The notes beneath the pieces are model-generated. The model searched no databases. It saw only the letters and a program-made list of their open reading frames with translations, and had not been told where the DNA came from. This document shows positions 1 through 8,354 of a stretch of 64,000 bases of DNA, piece by piece. The stretch lies in sequence record SRR31156797_535. One strand, 5' to 3'. Both the position numbers and the translations under genes were made by a program. How positions within the stretch are numbered: position 1 is the stretch's first letter; the number at the start of each line of letters is the position of its first letter.

Positions 1-39
1 TGAAAATTTTGAGTGGCAGTGTAGGTCTACTTGAGCCAT
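1..39 (-). CDS. 5' end of a PHP-domain (metal-dependent phosphoesterase-like) protein, runs off the left edge
   Basis: Reverse strand reads ATG GCT CAA GTA GAC CTA CAC TGC CAC TCA AAA TTT TCA = MAQVDLHCHSKFS (the DLHxHS PHP motif), with a GAGAGGA RBS upstream; not in the ORF track because it is truncated. Confidence 0.7.
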   Translation of the reverse strand, partial: MAQVDLHCHSKFS

Positions 40-98
40 TGTATGTCCTCTCTTTCGGTTGTGTATTCAAAGCTATTCCTATTATCTATATGCCCGTC

Positions 99-138
99 GT
101 GTCATCATTACTTCTTCAAACTGTCAAAGTATTGTCAT
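99..138 (+). promoter_or_regulatory. Pho-box-like direct repeats
   Basis: GTGTCAT(99), CTGTCAA(121) and TTGTCAT(132) lie on an 11-bp phase and resemble the PhoB heptamer CTGTCAT. Confidence 0.4.
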
Positions 139-247
139 ATAAGGGTATCGTCTAATCATTTTCTGAAAACTATTTGACAAAAAATAAACGCCTATCTGAC
201 AGGAGGGAACTATATTTTTATAAAGGTGCATTTATTATGAGGTAAAT

Positions 248-1126
248 ATGACAGCTGTCAGAAAAAAACTTGTTCCGAAAAAAGTCAAAAGAGCGGCAAA
301 AGCTCTTAAGAACATTTCAAAAACCTTACGCTTTCGTATCAGAACCTACAGATCAAACCAAAGTATTTTCGTTGAGAACAGCAGATTCATCATAAAAACA
401 GTAGAGAATGGGTCTGAACTGATGGAAGTTCTCAAACTTCGTTACGAGGTTTTCTATAGCGAATATGTGGGAGAAGTGACCGACGACGGTGTTCCCGGCA
501 TTGATGTTGATAAATTCGACATACTATTCGACCACCTCGCCATAATTGACAAAAAATCTGAAAAGACAATAGGCACATACAGACTTAACTGTACTAAATT
601 TAACGATAAATTCTACTCTGCAAAAGAGTTTAAGATGAAGAGTATAGAGGATCTTAAGGGGCATAAGATCGAACTCGGGAGAGCCTGTGTTCACCCTGAC
701 TTTCGCAATGGGGTGACAATCGCCGCACTCTGGAAGGGGCTCGGAGCCTATATGAAAGCTACTGAAGCACGCTATATGTTCGGCTGTTCGTCTATACACG
801 CAGAGGATTCTTTTCAGGTTGCCCTCATCCACCACTGGTTAGGCGAACACCTCGACGAGGAGCACAGCAAAATACGCCCTAAAAAGAAATTTCGTGACAA
901 TAGATTTGAGAATATGGTTGAGAAAACCGCAGAAGATAGGTTTGCTCCTTTCCGTGAGGCAGCTGTTAATCTTGTTCCGCCGCTTCTCCTCTCTTACCTG
1001 AAGGCCGGGGGTACTGTATGCGGTCACCCTGCACTCGATAAAGCTTTCAAGTGTTACGACTATCTCACCCTCATCGACAGGGAAAAGATGGACAAAGGCT
1101 TTGTCCGCAAATTCCTAGGTGAGTAA
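248..1126 (+). CDS. GNAT N-acyltransferase, OlsB-like (ornithine N-acyltransferase)
   Basis: LRYEVF, DVDKFD, GTYRL, ELGRACVHPDFR, LFGCSS-like and PPLLLSYL motifs of the OlsB/'putative hemolysin' family. Confidence 0.8.
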   Translation: MTAVRKKLVPKKVKRAAKALKNISKTLRFRIRTYRSNQSIFVENSRFIIKTVENGSELMEVLKLRYEVFYSEYVGEVTDDGVPGIDVDKFDILFDHLAIIDKKSEKTIGTYRLNCTKFNDKFYSAKEFKMKSIEDLKGHKIELGRACVHPDFRNGVTIAALWKGLGAYMKATEARYMFGCSSIHAEDSFQVALIHHWLGEHLDEEHSKIRPKKKFRDNRFENMVEKTAEDRFAPFREAAVNLVPPLLLSYLKAGGTVCGHPALDKAFKCYDYLTLIDREKMDKGFVRKFLGE

Positions 1127-1885
1127 ATGAGAATCTTAAAACTCGGAATTTTCCTATTCCTCTTAACAGTATTTGTCATAGGGGCTGTAATACTCCGCTT
1201 TTACGCTGTCACTCCGATAAATAAGAGACGTATCAGCGCATGGTGGACACATCAAATGTGTAAAACAGGCGTATGGCTCTTCGGTATGGACATCAGCTCC
1301 ACCGGTAAAGAATACCTCGAACCTGGCGGCAAATTAATAATCTCAAACCATATGTCCTACCTAGACATAATTGTATATGCATCGATCAGACCCTCTGTCT
1401 TTGTCTCTTCTGTAGAGATGCAAAAGACACCTGTCCTCGGCTTTCTCGCTAAAATCGGCGCAACATTCTTTGTGGAACGCCGTGACCCTAAGCTCATTAA
1501 GCTTGAGATAGGCAAGATGGCAGAGCTTGTTAGCGAAGGATTCAACGTCTTCCTCTTTCCGGAAGGCACATCAACAGACGGTTCAGAGATACTCCCTTTC
1601 CGCTCGTCACTTCTCGCATCCGCCTCTTCAGGCAATGTCGAAGTTGTACCTGCCTGTATCAAATATACGGCGATAGACGAGAAAGAGTTCTCACCTGAAA
1701 ACTGCGACTACGTCTGCTGGTATGGAGATATGAGCTTTGCTCCGCACCTCTGGGGATACCTATCTACCAGAAAGACAAGTGTGAAGGCGACATATTTCGA
1801 GCCGATCGACTCAGGCAAGATGAACAGGAAAGTAATCACGCAGAAAGCGCACGAGCTGATCACAAAAGAATATTTTGCTGCTTAA
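1127..1885 (+). CDS. Lysophospholipid/lyso-ornithine lipid acyltransferase (PlsC/OlsA family)
   Basis: SNHMSYLD (HxxxxD) and FPEGTS motifs; abuts the OlsB-like gene. Confidence 0.85.
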   Translation: MRILKLGIFLFLLTVFVIGAVILRFYAVTPINKRRISAWWTHQMCKTGVWLFGMDISSTGKEYLEPGGKLIISNHMSYLDIIVYASIRPSVFVSSVEMQKTPVLGFLAKIGATFFVERRDPKLIKLEIGKMAELVSEGFNVFLFPEGTSTDGSEILPFRSSLLASASSGNVEVVPACIKYTAIDEKEFSPENCDYVCWYGDMSFAPHLWGYLSTRKTSVKATYFEPIDSGKMNRKVITQKAHELITKEYFAA

Positions 1886-1980
1886 TATTTCGACAAAATT
1901 CGAATTAAAAAAGTCTTTTTTTAAACCTTCTATTTGTATACAATGAATTCATCATTATTTGTATTTTGGGAGGATTTGAA

Positions 1981-2349
1981 ATGTCTATAAATGATCAAAC
2001 CGTAGTGTTCCACTTAAGCTCCGATGACCATGTTAAAGCTGGTAAGGCTATTAGGTTAGCTAAGAAATCACTCGACTATGTTGCGCAATCCGTACTCTAT
2101 GTTGATTGTCAGGGAGTAAAAGTTGTCCAGAGATCTACAGGTGGATTCACCATTCCAGGCACAGAGATAAACTCACTCGACGCTGTTAGAGAGTTCCTCG
2201 CTGACGGCGGACTCATTTTTGCGGGTAAAGAATGTATGAAAATCTACGATATATCAGCTACAGATATTATAGCCGGATGTGAGCAGGCTGATCCCGCTAC
2301 CACATTCAAATATCTGCTTGGTGAAGAGACTAAACTAATATCTTGGTAA
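1981..2349 (+). CDS. DsrE/DsrF-like family protein
   Basis: Size and pattern (LYVDCQGV...FLADGGLIFAGKECM...ISW) resemble the DsrE fold; GGAGG RBS before ATG 1981. Confidence 0.6.
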   Translation: MSINDQTVVFHLSSDDHVKAGKAIRLAKKSLDYVAQSVLYVDCQGVKVVQRSTGGFTIPGTEINSLDAVREFLADGGLIFAGKECMKIYDISATDIIAGCEQADPATTFKYLLGEETKLISW

Positions 2350-2350
2350 T

Positions 2351-3619
2351 ATGACTACAAAAAAAACTACGACCAGAAAAACTACAGCGAGGAAGCCCGC
2401 AGCGAAAAAAGCCGCTCCGAAGCGTAAAGCTGTTGCGAAGAAGCCGGCGGCAAAAAGAAGCTATAAAAGAAAGAAGCCTGACAGGAAACTTCCTATCACT
2501 ACGCTCATTGCTGTTATACCGGTAATACTTCTGACTGCATTTGTTGTTCTTAGATTTTCTGGTGACACTCCACCCGCTGCACCCGTTTATAAACAGGAAG
2601 CAGAGAAGGAAGTTATTAGTAGTACCGTAGTTAAAGAGGTAGAGAAACGGAGCGTCGTAGACACTGTTAAGCTTTTCATGTTTGAAAACTCACTCAAAGG
2701 TGAAAACCTCCTAATCCAGGGGAGCAGTATCAGCATTAAGGCTGAGTCGATAAAGCTGGCTGATGCTCTTAAAGGGTATCTCGAAAAAAATAAAATAACG
2801 GTAGACGGCGAGGACATTCTCACTGCTGAGGACAAACACGGCATCTACAACATATCTTTTGTACTGCCTAAGCCAATGCCAAAGCCTGTACAAAAACCAA
2901 AACCTCTTCCAGCTGTAGAAAAACACTTTAAGGCGAAGCTTGCCGTTGTTATTGACGACTGCGGATATAGCCTCCCGCTGGCGAGAAAACTTGTTTCAAT
3001 CAAATACCCTGTAACCTTAGCTGTTATCCCTTACACCCCATACGGGAAAGAGACATCGATAATTACTAAAAAAGCTGGCAAGACCCTCTTTCTGCATTTC
3101 CCTATGCAGCCGAAGTCATACCCTAAATTTGACCCGGGTAAAGGCGCACTCTTTTTAAACATGCCGGAATCTGTTATCTCAGCAGTTACTAAGGCAAACT
3201 TTGAATATTTCCCGATAAAGCTGGACGGAGCGAACAACCATACAGGTTCCGCATTCACTGAAAGCTCTGAAAAGATGACTCAGGCACTTCGCCATATGAG
3301 AAAATATACGGATTCATTCATGGACAGCTATACATCCGGAAGGTCTGTAGCCTATGATACATGTCAGAAAATGGGGATGAAATGCGCTGTTAACAACATC
3401 TTCCTAGACAATGAAGAGCCCGGCTTAGTAACCATCACAGACAAGCAAAATCATGTCCACGATCAGCTGATAAAGGCTGCTAAAAGAGCGCTTAGAAATG
3501 GAAGTGCAATAGCGATTGGGCACCTTAAGAAAGGTACGGTCACAGCTCTTGAAAAATCATTCAGAGATATTGAAAAGATGGGCGTTCAGATAGTTCCGGT
3601 CAAAACCCTTATGAATTAG
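2351..3619 (+). CDS. Divergent polysaccharide deacetylase (YibQ-like), membrane anchored, with a basic N-terminal tail
   Basis: AVVIDDCG, LHFPMQP, NNHTGS, FMDSYTS, IFLDN and AIAIGH motifs; one TM helix after a Lys/Arg/Ala-rich tail. Confidence 0.85.
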   Translation: MTTKKTTTRKTTARKPAAKKAAPKRKAVAKKPAAKRSYKRKKPDRKLPITTLIAVIPVILLTAFVVLRFSGDTPPAAPVYKQEAEKEVISSTVVKEVEKRSVVDTVKLFMFENSLKGENLLIQGSSISIKAESIKLADALKGYLEKNKITVDGEDILTAEDKHGIYNISFVLPKPMPKPVQKPKPLPAVEKHFKAKLAVVIDDCGYSLPLARKLVSIKYPVTLAVIPYTPYGKETSIITKKAGKTLFLHFPMQPKSYPKFDPGKGALFLNMPESVISAVTKANFEYFPIKLDGANNHTGSAFTESSEKMTQALRHMRKYTDSFMDSYTSGRSVAYDTCQKMGMKCAVNNIFLDNEEPGLVTITDKQNHVHDQLIKAAKRALRNGSAIAIGHLKKGTVTALEKSFRDIEKMGVQIVPVKTLMN

Positions 3620-4049
3620 ATCTGCATTTCGAGCATACACCGTAAAGGTTCATCGAGTGGTCGATCAGCTCATACCCGTGTTTCTCGGCGATCTTCTGCT
3701 GAAGCTTTTCGATATCGTCATCGTAAAATTCAACATTCCCACCACATTTAACACATACAAGGTGATCGTGATGCTCATCATTAGTGTCAGGTTCATAACG
3801 CACAGAACCCTCACCAAAATGAAGCTCTCGACCTATACCAGCCTCCGTAAGAAGCTTAAGCGTGCGATAGACCGTAGCATGCCCGATGGATTTATCAGTC
3901 TTTTTAAGCCTTTCATAAAGCTCCTCAGCGGTAACATGGTCGGTCAGCTTGCAAAATACTTTCACAATCAACTCACGCTGAGATGTCATTCTGAGGTTCT
4001 GTTTCGCCAAAAATTCTGTAAATAATTTCAGTGTCTGTTTTTCATTCAC
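3609..4049 (-). CDS. fur: Fur family transcriptional regulator
   Basis: LRMTSQR, ATVYRTLKLL, HHDHLVCVKCG and C-terminal CxxC. Confidence 0.9.
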   Translation of the reverse strand: MNEKQTLKLFTEFLAKQNLRMTSQRELIVKVFCKLTDHVTAEELYERLKKTDKSIGHATVYRTLKLLTEAGIGRELHFGEGSVRYEPDTNDEHHDHLVCVKCGGNVEFYDDDIEKLQQKIAEKHGYELIDHSMNLYGVCSKCRSNS

Positions 4050-4214
4050 TTCGATTCACCTGATAAATAACTTAATCACTCTGAATGATAACTGCTATAA
4101 ACAGATTTTTCCACAACAAAGTTTACCTGACAATAAATTGCTTACTGACACGCTCATATCACACATTTTACGATTTATGTTCTATTTTTATCGTTTTTTA
4201 GTAAATTTCTTATT

Positions 4215-4233
4215 GATAACGAAAATCATTACA
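4215..4233. promoter_or_regulatory. Fur box between divergent fur and feoA
   Basis: GATAACGAAAATCATTACA matches 15/19 positions of GATAATGATAATCATTATC. Confidence 0.7.
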
Positions 4234-4265
4234 GATATACTAGCAAAAGATAAGGAAGGTAATAG

Positions 4266-4622
4266 ATGCAGGAAATTTGCTGTGAGGCTACATCAGGCAT
4301 AAAAGAGGACGCTATCTCTATGACTATGCTGGTCAAAGGGAGCAAGGGTGTTATCAGGGGGTTCATCATGAACTGCGAGGATAACAAGCAGTGCAGATAT
4401 GTCTTACGCCTCAAAGAGATGGGGCTTCACCTCGGCACTCAGTTTGAGGTGCTCAAAAATGACAGTCATGGTGAACTTGTATTATCTTTCGAAGGCTCTA
4501 CTCTCGCTCTCGGCAGAGGTATGGCTGATAAAATCGCAGTCGAACTTCAAAAAGGCACTGTTATGGAAGGTTCATTCTTCGGCAGGGTTTGCAGAAAATT
4601 CGGCATCAAGTGCCAAGCTTAA
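4266..4622 (+). CDS. feoA: FeoA family protein
   Basis: RLKEMGLHLG...LALGRGMADKI FeoA signature; Fur box upstream. Confidence 0.8.
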   Translation: MQEICCEATSGIKEDAISMTMLVKGSKGVIRGFIMNCEDNKQCRYVLRLKEMGLHLGTQFEVLKNDSHGELVLSFEGSTLALGRGMADKIAVELQKGTVMEGSFFGRVCRKFGIKCQA

Positions 4623-4624
4623 TA

Positions 4625-4653
4625 TTTACTATATCTCTCCGATATAATATTAT
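4625..4653 (+). promoter_or_regulatory. sigma70-type promoter, leaderless geometry for lnt
   Basis: TTTACT-17bp-TATTAT, 6 nt before the ATG; no SD. Confidence 0.5.
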
Positions 4654-4659
4654 CCTCTT

Positions 4660-6111
4660 ATGAAAAATTTACTTATTATATGTGCCGGAGCGGTACTGTC
4701 AGCGATATTTCTTACTCTCGCTTCACCCGGATACAACCTATGGTTCACGGCGTACTTCGCCCTTGTCCCTATGCTCATATCTATATCACTGACAAGCAAA
4801 GGTTTTAGCACTGCATGGCTTTTCGGCTCTATCTACTATATTATCAACCTGAGATGGATAATCACTGCTGTTTCCGACCTTGGAAACGCACCACACATAG
4901 TTGGCGTTCTTGCGACGATACTTGCCGGCTGCCTCCTCGGTTTACTCTGGGGTTTATTCGGCTGGATATCTGTTAAGAAGAGAGGTGCAAACCTCCTTCT
5001 GGCGGGATTTATCGTGGCTCTTGAAGTTGCAAAATCCACTATGCTCACAGGCTTTCCGATGCTTAACCTGTCACACACTCAATACAGCTTCCTCCCTGCT
5101 ATACAAATGGCAGAAGTGACCGGAGCTTTCGGGGTAACACTGATAATCGCATACATGAATTTAGCACTCGTATCTCTCATCGTAGACCGGAACAAACAGT
5201 CTATACTTCTCGCACTTGTTATGCTCGCTGCATCATTCGCTTACGGCTTCTCCGTCCAGAACAGGGAATACGCCGGTAATAAACTAAATATAAAAGTGAT
5301 TCAGCCAGCATACGCTCAAGCTGATAAATGGATCCCAGAGAATAAGTACGACATCATGACAGAAGTAAACAAGATGCTCAGACAAAACCACGGTGATGCT
5401 GACCTGCTTATCCTTCCTGAAACAGTTTATCCCACATTCCTTAATAAAACTTTTGCCGGATACCACATGCTGGAGATTTCAGGCGAAAAGATTCCTACCA
5501 TTGCTGGAGGCATACGGTTTGTCGAGAAGGATAATAAACGTACTTATTATAACAGTGCATTTATGTTCAGTGATGGTAACGTCAGCACCTATGATAAGCT
5601 TCATCTCGTCCCTTTCGGAGAATATTTCCCTCTGAAAAGCTTGTTTAAACCTATCGACTACTACTTCTTTCAGGGCGCCGAAGATTTCACCCCTGGTTAT
5701 TCACCAAAAATCTTTACCGGAAAGAATTTTACCGCCGCACCTATGATCTGTTACGAAAGTATGTATAGTGAATTAGTTCGTGGTCAGGTTATGCTCGGTG
5801 CAGACATCATTACCGTTTTAACTAATGATAGCTGGTTCGGTGATACGAAGGGACCATATCAGCATCTTGCAACTGATGTGTTAAGGGCTGTTGAATTCCG
5901 TAAACCTGTAATAAGAGCTGCCCAGTCAGGTGTTTCAGCGTGCATTTCACCTACAGGCGAGATAACTGACACAATCGGGCTGGGTGAAAAAGCTATTATG
6001 AACTGTGAGGCAACAACGCATAAAGGGTTGACACTTTTCGCTACCGGAGGCTACGGATGGCTTGCGGCTTTCCTCTTTGTTGCGTGGTATTTCAACAGAC
6101 GAAAATCTTAA
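4660..6111 (+). CDS. lnt: Apolipoprotein N-acyltransferase
   Basis: TM N-terminal half; LPET, YDKLHLVPFGEY, ICYE and TNDSWFG nitrilase-fold motifs. Confidence 0.93.
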   Translation: MKNLLIICAGAVLSAIFLTLASPGYNLWFTAYFALVPMLISISLTSKGFSTAWLFGSIYYIINLRWIITAVSDLGNAPHIVGVLATILAGCLLGLLWGLFGWISVKKRGANLLLAGFIVALEVAKSTMLTGFPMLNLSHTQYSFLPAIQMAEVTGAFGVTLIIAYMNLALVSLIVDRNKQSILLALVMLAASFAYGFSVQNREYAGNKLNIKVIQPAYAQADKWIPENKYDIMTEVNKMLRQNHGDADLLILPETVYPTFLNKTFAGYHMLEISGEKIPTIAGGIRFVEKDNKRTYYNSAFMFSDGNVSTYDKLHLVPFGEYFPLKSLFKPIDYYFFQGAEDFTPGYSPKIFTGKNFTAAPMICYESMYSELVRGQVMLGADIITVLTNDSWFGDTKGPYQHLATDVLRAVEFRKPVIRAAQSGVSACISPTGEITDTIGLGEKAIMNCEATTHKGLTLFATGGYGWLAAFLFVAWYFNRRKS

Positions 6112-6196
6112 TCCTTAATTTTGTATTGAATTATTCTGCATTTGCATATATTTAAGTAAGACATTCAACCGTAAGTATACGGTTACGGAGGCAACC

Positions 6197-6403
6197 ATGT
6201 TTGGTCTTGGATCACAAGAAATTATCATTATTCTCCTCATAGCTGTTGTTCTGTTCGGCGCTGGAAAGCTCCCTATGATCGGCGAAGGTATGGGTAAGGC
6301 TATCAAAAACTTCAAGAAAGCAGCGAAAGATGCAGAGGAAGCGGTAGACATTACTCCTGAGGAAGATAAGAAAAAGATAGAGAGCGAAGATAAAGAGGCG
6401 TAA
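6197..6403 (+). CDS. tatA: Twin-arginine translocase TatA/E
   Basis: MFGLGSQEIIIILLIAVVLFGAGKLP..G..GKAIKNFKK. Confidence 0.95.
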   Translation: MFGLGSQEIIIILLIAVVLFGAGKLPMIGEGMGKAIKNFKKAAKDAEEAVDITPEEDKKKIESEDKEA

Positions 6404-6408
6404 GCCTT

Positions 6409-7077
6409 ATGACTGAAGCCGGAACAACTAGAGAAACATATTTTCATCCTGCTGTCCGGCTTATAATGTTTTTAGCTGTAATTCAGGCGGTATCAATTTC
6501 TGCCAATACTCTTTCATACGCTTTTTTCACCCTCATTCTATTTGGGGCAGTCTTTTTATATAAAGTTGGATCCAAAACGGTTCTCGATAAACTTAAACCA
6601 TTTGCGATAATACTAATTTCAACTTTTCTGTTTAATATATTTTTCGGCAGCGGAATCGAACACTCCGCAGGCTTAACATACAGGTTTGCCTTGATAATAG
6701 GCTTTTCCATACTCTTAACTGTAAGCACTGAACCGAAAGTGCTTGTTGCTCTGCTTATGTCCCCTTTCGGCAAAAAAGCTGACAGCCTCAGAATAGTTCT
6801 TATGGTGGCGATGGAATTCATACCTATATTCATCGAAGAGGCTAAAGAGATAATCAAAAATATCAAAGCTGAATTTGACAACCCCTACAAAGCTTTATTC
6901 AAACCTGAGACCTACCTTAAGCCGATGGTGGAAGGTGTTTTTAAAAGGTCATCTGATGTCGCAGAGGGTGTCAGTAATGGGGATTACGACTGCCCGCCTC
7001 TCCCTAAATTAAAAGCACAAGAAATAGCTATCAGCTTTGCTATACTCACAGCAGTGGTGATTTATGCTATACAATAA
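6409..7077 (+). CDS. Energy-coupling factor transmembrane component T (EcfT/CbiQ-like)
   Basis: HPAVRL start, several TM helices, AMEFIPIFIEEA coupling-helix-like segment; precedes truA. Confidence 0.6.
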   Translation: MTEAGTTRETYFHPAVRLIMFLAVIQAVSISANTLSYAFFTLILFGAVFLYKVGSKTVLDKLKPFAIILISTFLFNIFFGSGIEHSAGLTYRFALIIGFSILLTVSTEPKVLVALLMSPFGKKADSLRIVLMVAMEFIPIFIEEAKEIIKNIKAEFDNPYKALFKPETYLKPMVEGVFKRSSDVAEGVSNGDYDCPPLPKLKAQEIAISFAILTAVVIYAIQ

Positions 7078-7801
7078 AAAACTGACTATAGAATATGTGG
7101 GGACAAATTTTGCCGGCTGGCAGGTTCAGCCGGACGACAGAACTGTTCAGGAAGAGATCCAAAACGCCCTCACCCGCATGTATAAAACTAATGTAAACAT
7201 CATCGGTTCAGGCAGAACAGACTCCGGAGTGCACGCTCTCGGACAAACTGCGAACTATCGCCTTGATAAATATATCGAACCTGAAAATGTGCAGATGGGG
7301 CTTAACAGTATGCTCCCTGATGATGTCTCTATCATCTCAGTAGAAGATGTGCCGGAAGATTTTCACGCACAAATATCTGCCGTAAGTAAAACATACCTCT
7401 ACAAAATACACGCATCACGCATCAGATCCGCTATGTACCACGGACTTGTCTGGTGGATAAAAGAGGAGCTTGATGCAGGCAAAATCGCCGACTATCTCAC
7501 CGTATTCGAAGGTGAGCACGATTTCACGTCATGCTGTGTTCAGGCGAGCCTGAGAGAAAATAATGTCCGCACTATAAACAGCACTAAAGTCTACATAGAC
7601 GAAGATGTCATCTGTATTGAAATAAACGGAAGCGGTTTTTTACATAATATGGTGCGAATAATAACCGGAACTGTTGTAGACGCAATCAGGAAAGATTACG
7701 GTAAAGACTATCTCTCAGAAGTGCTTAAAGCGAAAGACAGAAACATGGCAGGCCCCACAGCGCACGCCGCAGGACTCTACCTAAAACAAGTATTTTATTA
7801 A
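7064..7801 (+). CDS. truA: tRNA pseudouridine(38-40) synthase
   Basis: FAGWQVQP, GSGRTDSGVHALGQ and GFLHNMVR. Confidence 0.95.
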   Translation: MLYNKKLTIEYVGTNFAGWQVQPDDRTVQEEIQNALTRMYKTNVNIIGSGRTDSGVHALGQTANYRLDKYIEPENVQMGLNSMLPDDVSIISVEDVPEDFHAQISAVSKTYLYKIHASRIRSAMYHGLVWWIKEELDAGKIADYLTVFEGEHDFTSCCVQASLRENNVRTINSTKVYIDEDVICIEINGSGFLHNMVRIITGTVVDAIRKDYGKDYLSEVLKAKDRNMAGPTAHAAGLYLKQVFY

Positions 7802-7805
7802 CCTA

Positions 7806-8039
7806 TTAACCTTCGCCCGGCTTAATGAAAATCTTAGTCTCAACATCTAGATATTTCGCATACCATGTGCCAAGCTCGTTTTCATACCACTTTGTATCCT
7901 CTTCTGAAAACTGCGCAAGGATATCATCATGCTCTTTCTGAAGTTCTGCAAGCTCCTCACGCTCATCAAGGCTGAGCTGCTCGTAAGCGTCTTTCATCGG
8001 GAGTATTTTTTTTCTTATATCAAGTGCCTTCTCTTTCAT
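7806..8039 (-). CDS. Small helical hypothetical protein (paralogue B)
   Basis: 77-aa ORF; ungapped similarity to the adjacent ORF supports coding. Confidence 0.8.
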   Translation of the reverse strand: MKEKALDIRKKILPMKDAYEQLSLDEREELAELQKEHDDILAQFSEEDTKWYENELGTWYAKYLDVETKIFIKPGEG

Positions 8040-8041
8040 AT

Positions 8042-8275
8042 CTAGCCTCCTCTCGGTTTTACAAACATGGTGGTCTCCATGATCATAAACTTATCATACC
8101 ATCCGGCAAATCCGGCATAAAGCCAGTTTTTCTCTTCTTCAGTAAGCTCCGCCTTAACAGCCCTAAACCTAACCTCTATAGTAGCTAGTTCTTCTACCTC
8201 TTCCGGCGTAAGGTCTTCACATACATCAGCGAGATAAACTTTCCTTTTAAGTAGTTTAAGTGCTTCCTCTTTCAT
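8042..8275 (-). CDS. Small helical hypothetical protein (paralogue A)
   Basis: ATG at 8275 with a GAGAGG RBS gives 77 aa, the same length as its neighbour. Confidence 0.8.
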   Translation of the reverse strand: MKEEALKLLKRKVYLADVCEDLTPEEVEELATIEVRFRAVKAELTEEEKNWLYAGFAGWYDKFMIMETTMFVKPRGG

Positions 8276-8301
8276 AAGTAAACCTCTCACATCTTAAGAG
8301 G

Positions 8302-8330
8302 AGTATAATTGTCTTTTAATAATTTGTCAA
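8302..8330 (-). promoter_or_regulatory. Near-consensus sigma70 promoter for the paralogue pair
   Basis: TTGACA-17bp-TATACT on the minus strand. Confidence 0.7.
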
Positions 8331-8354
8331 GTTGCCGATTAGGATATTAGATGA

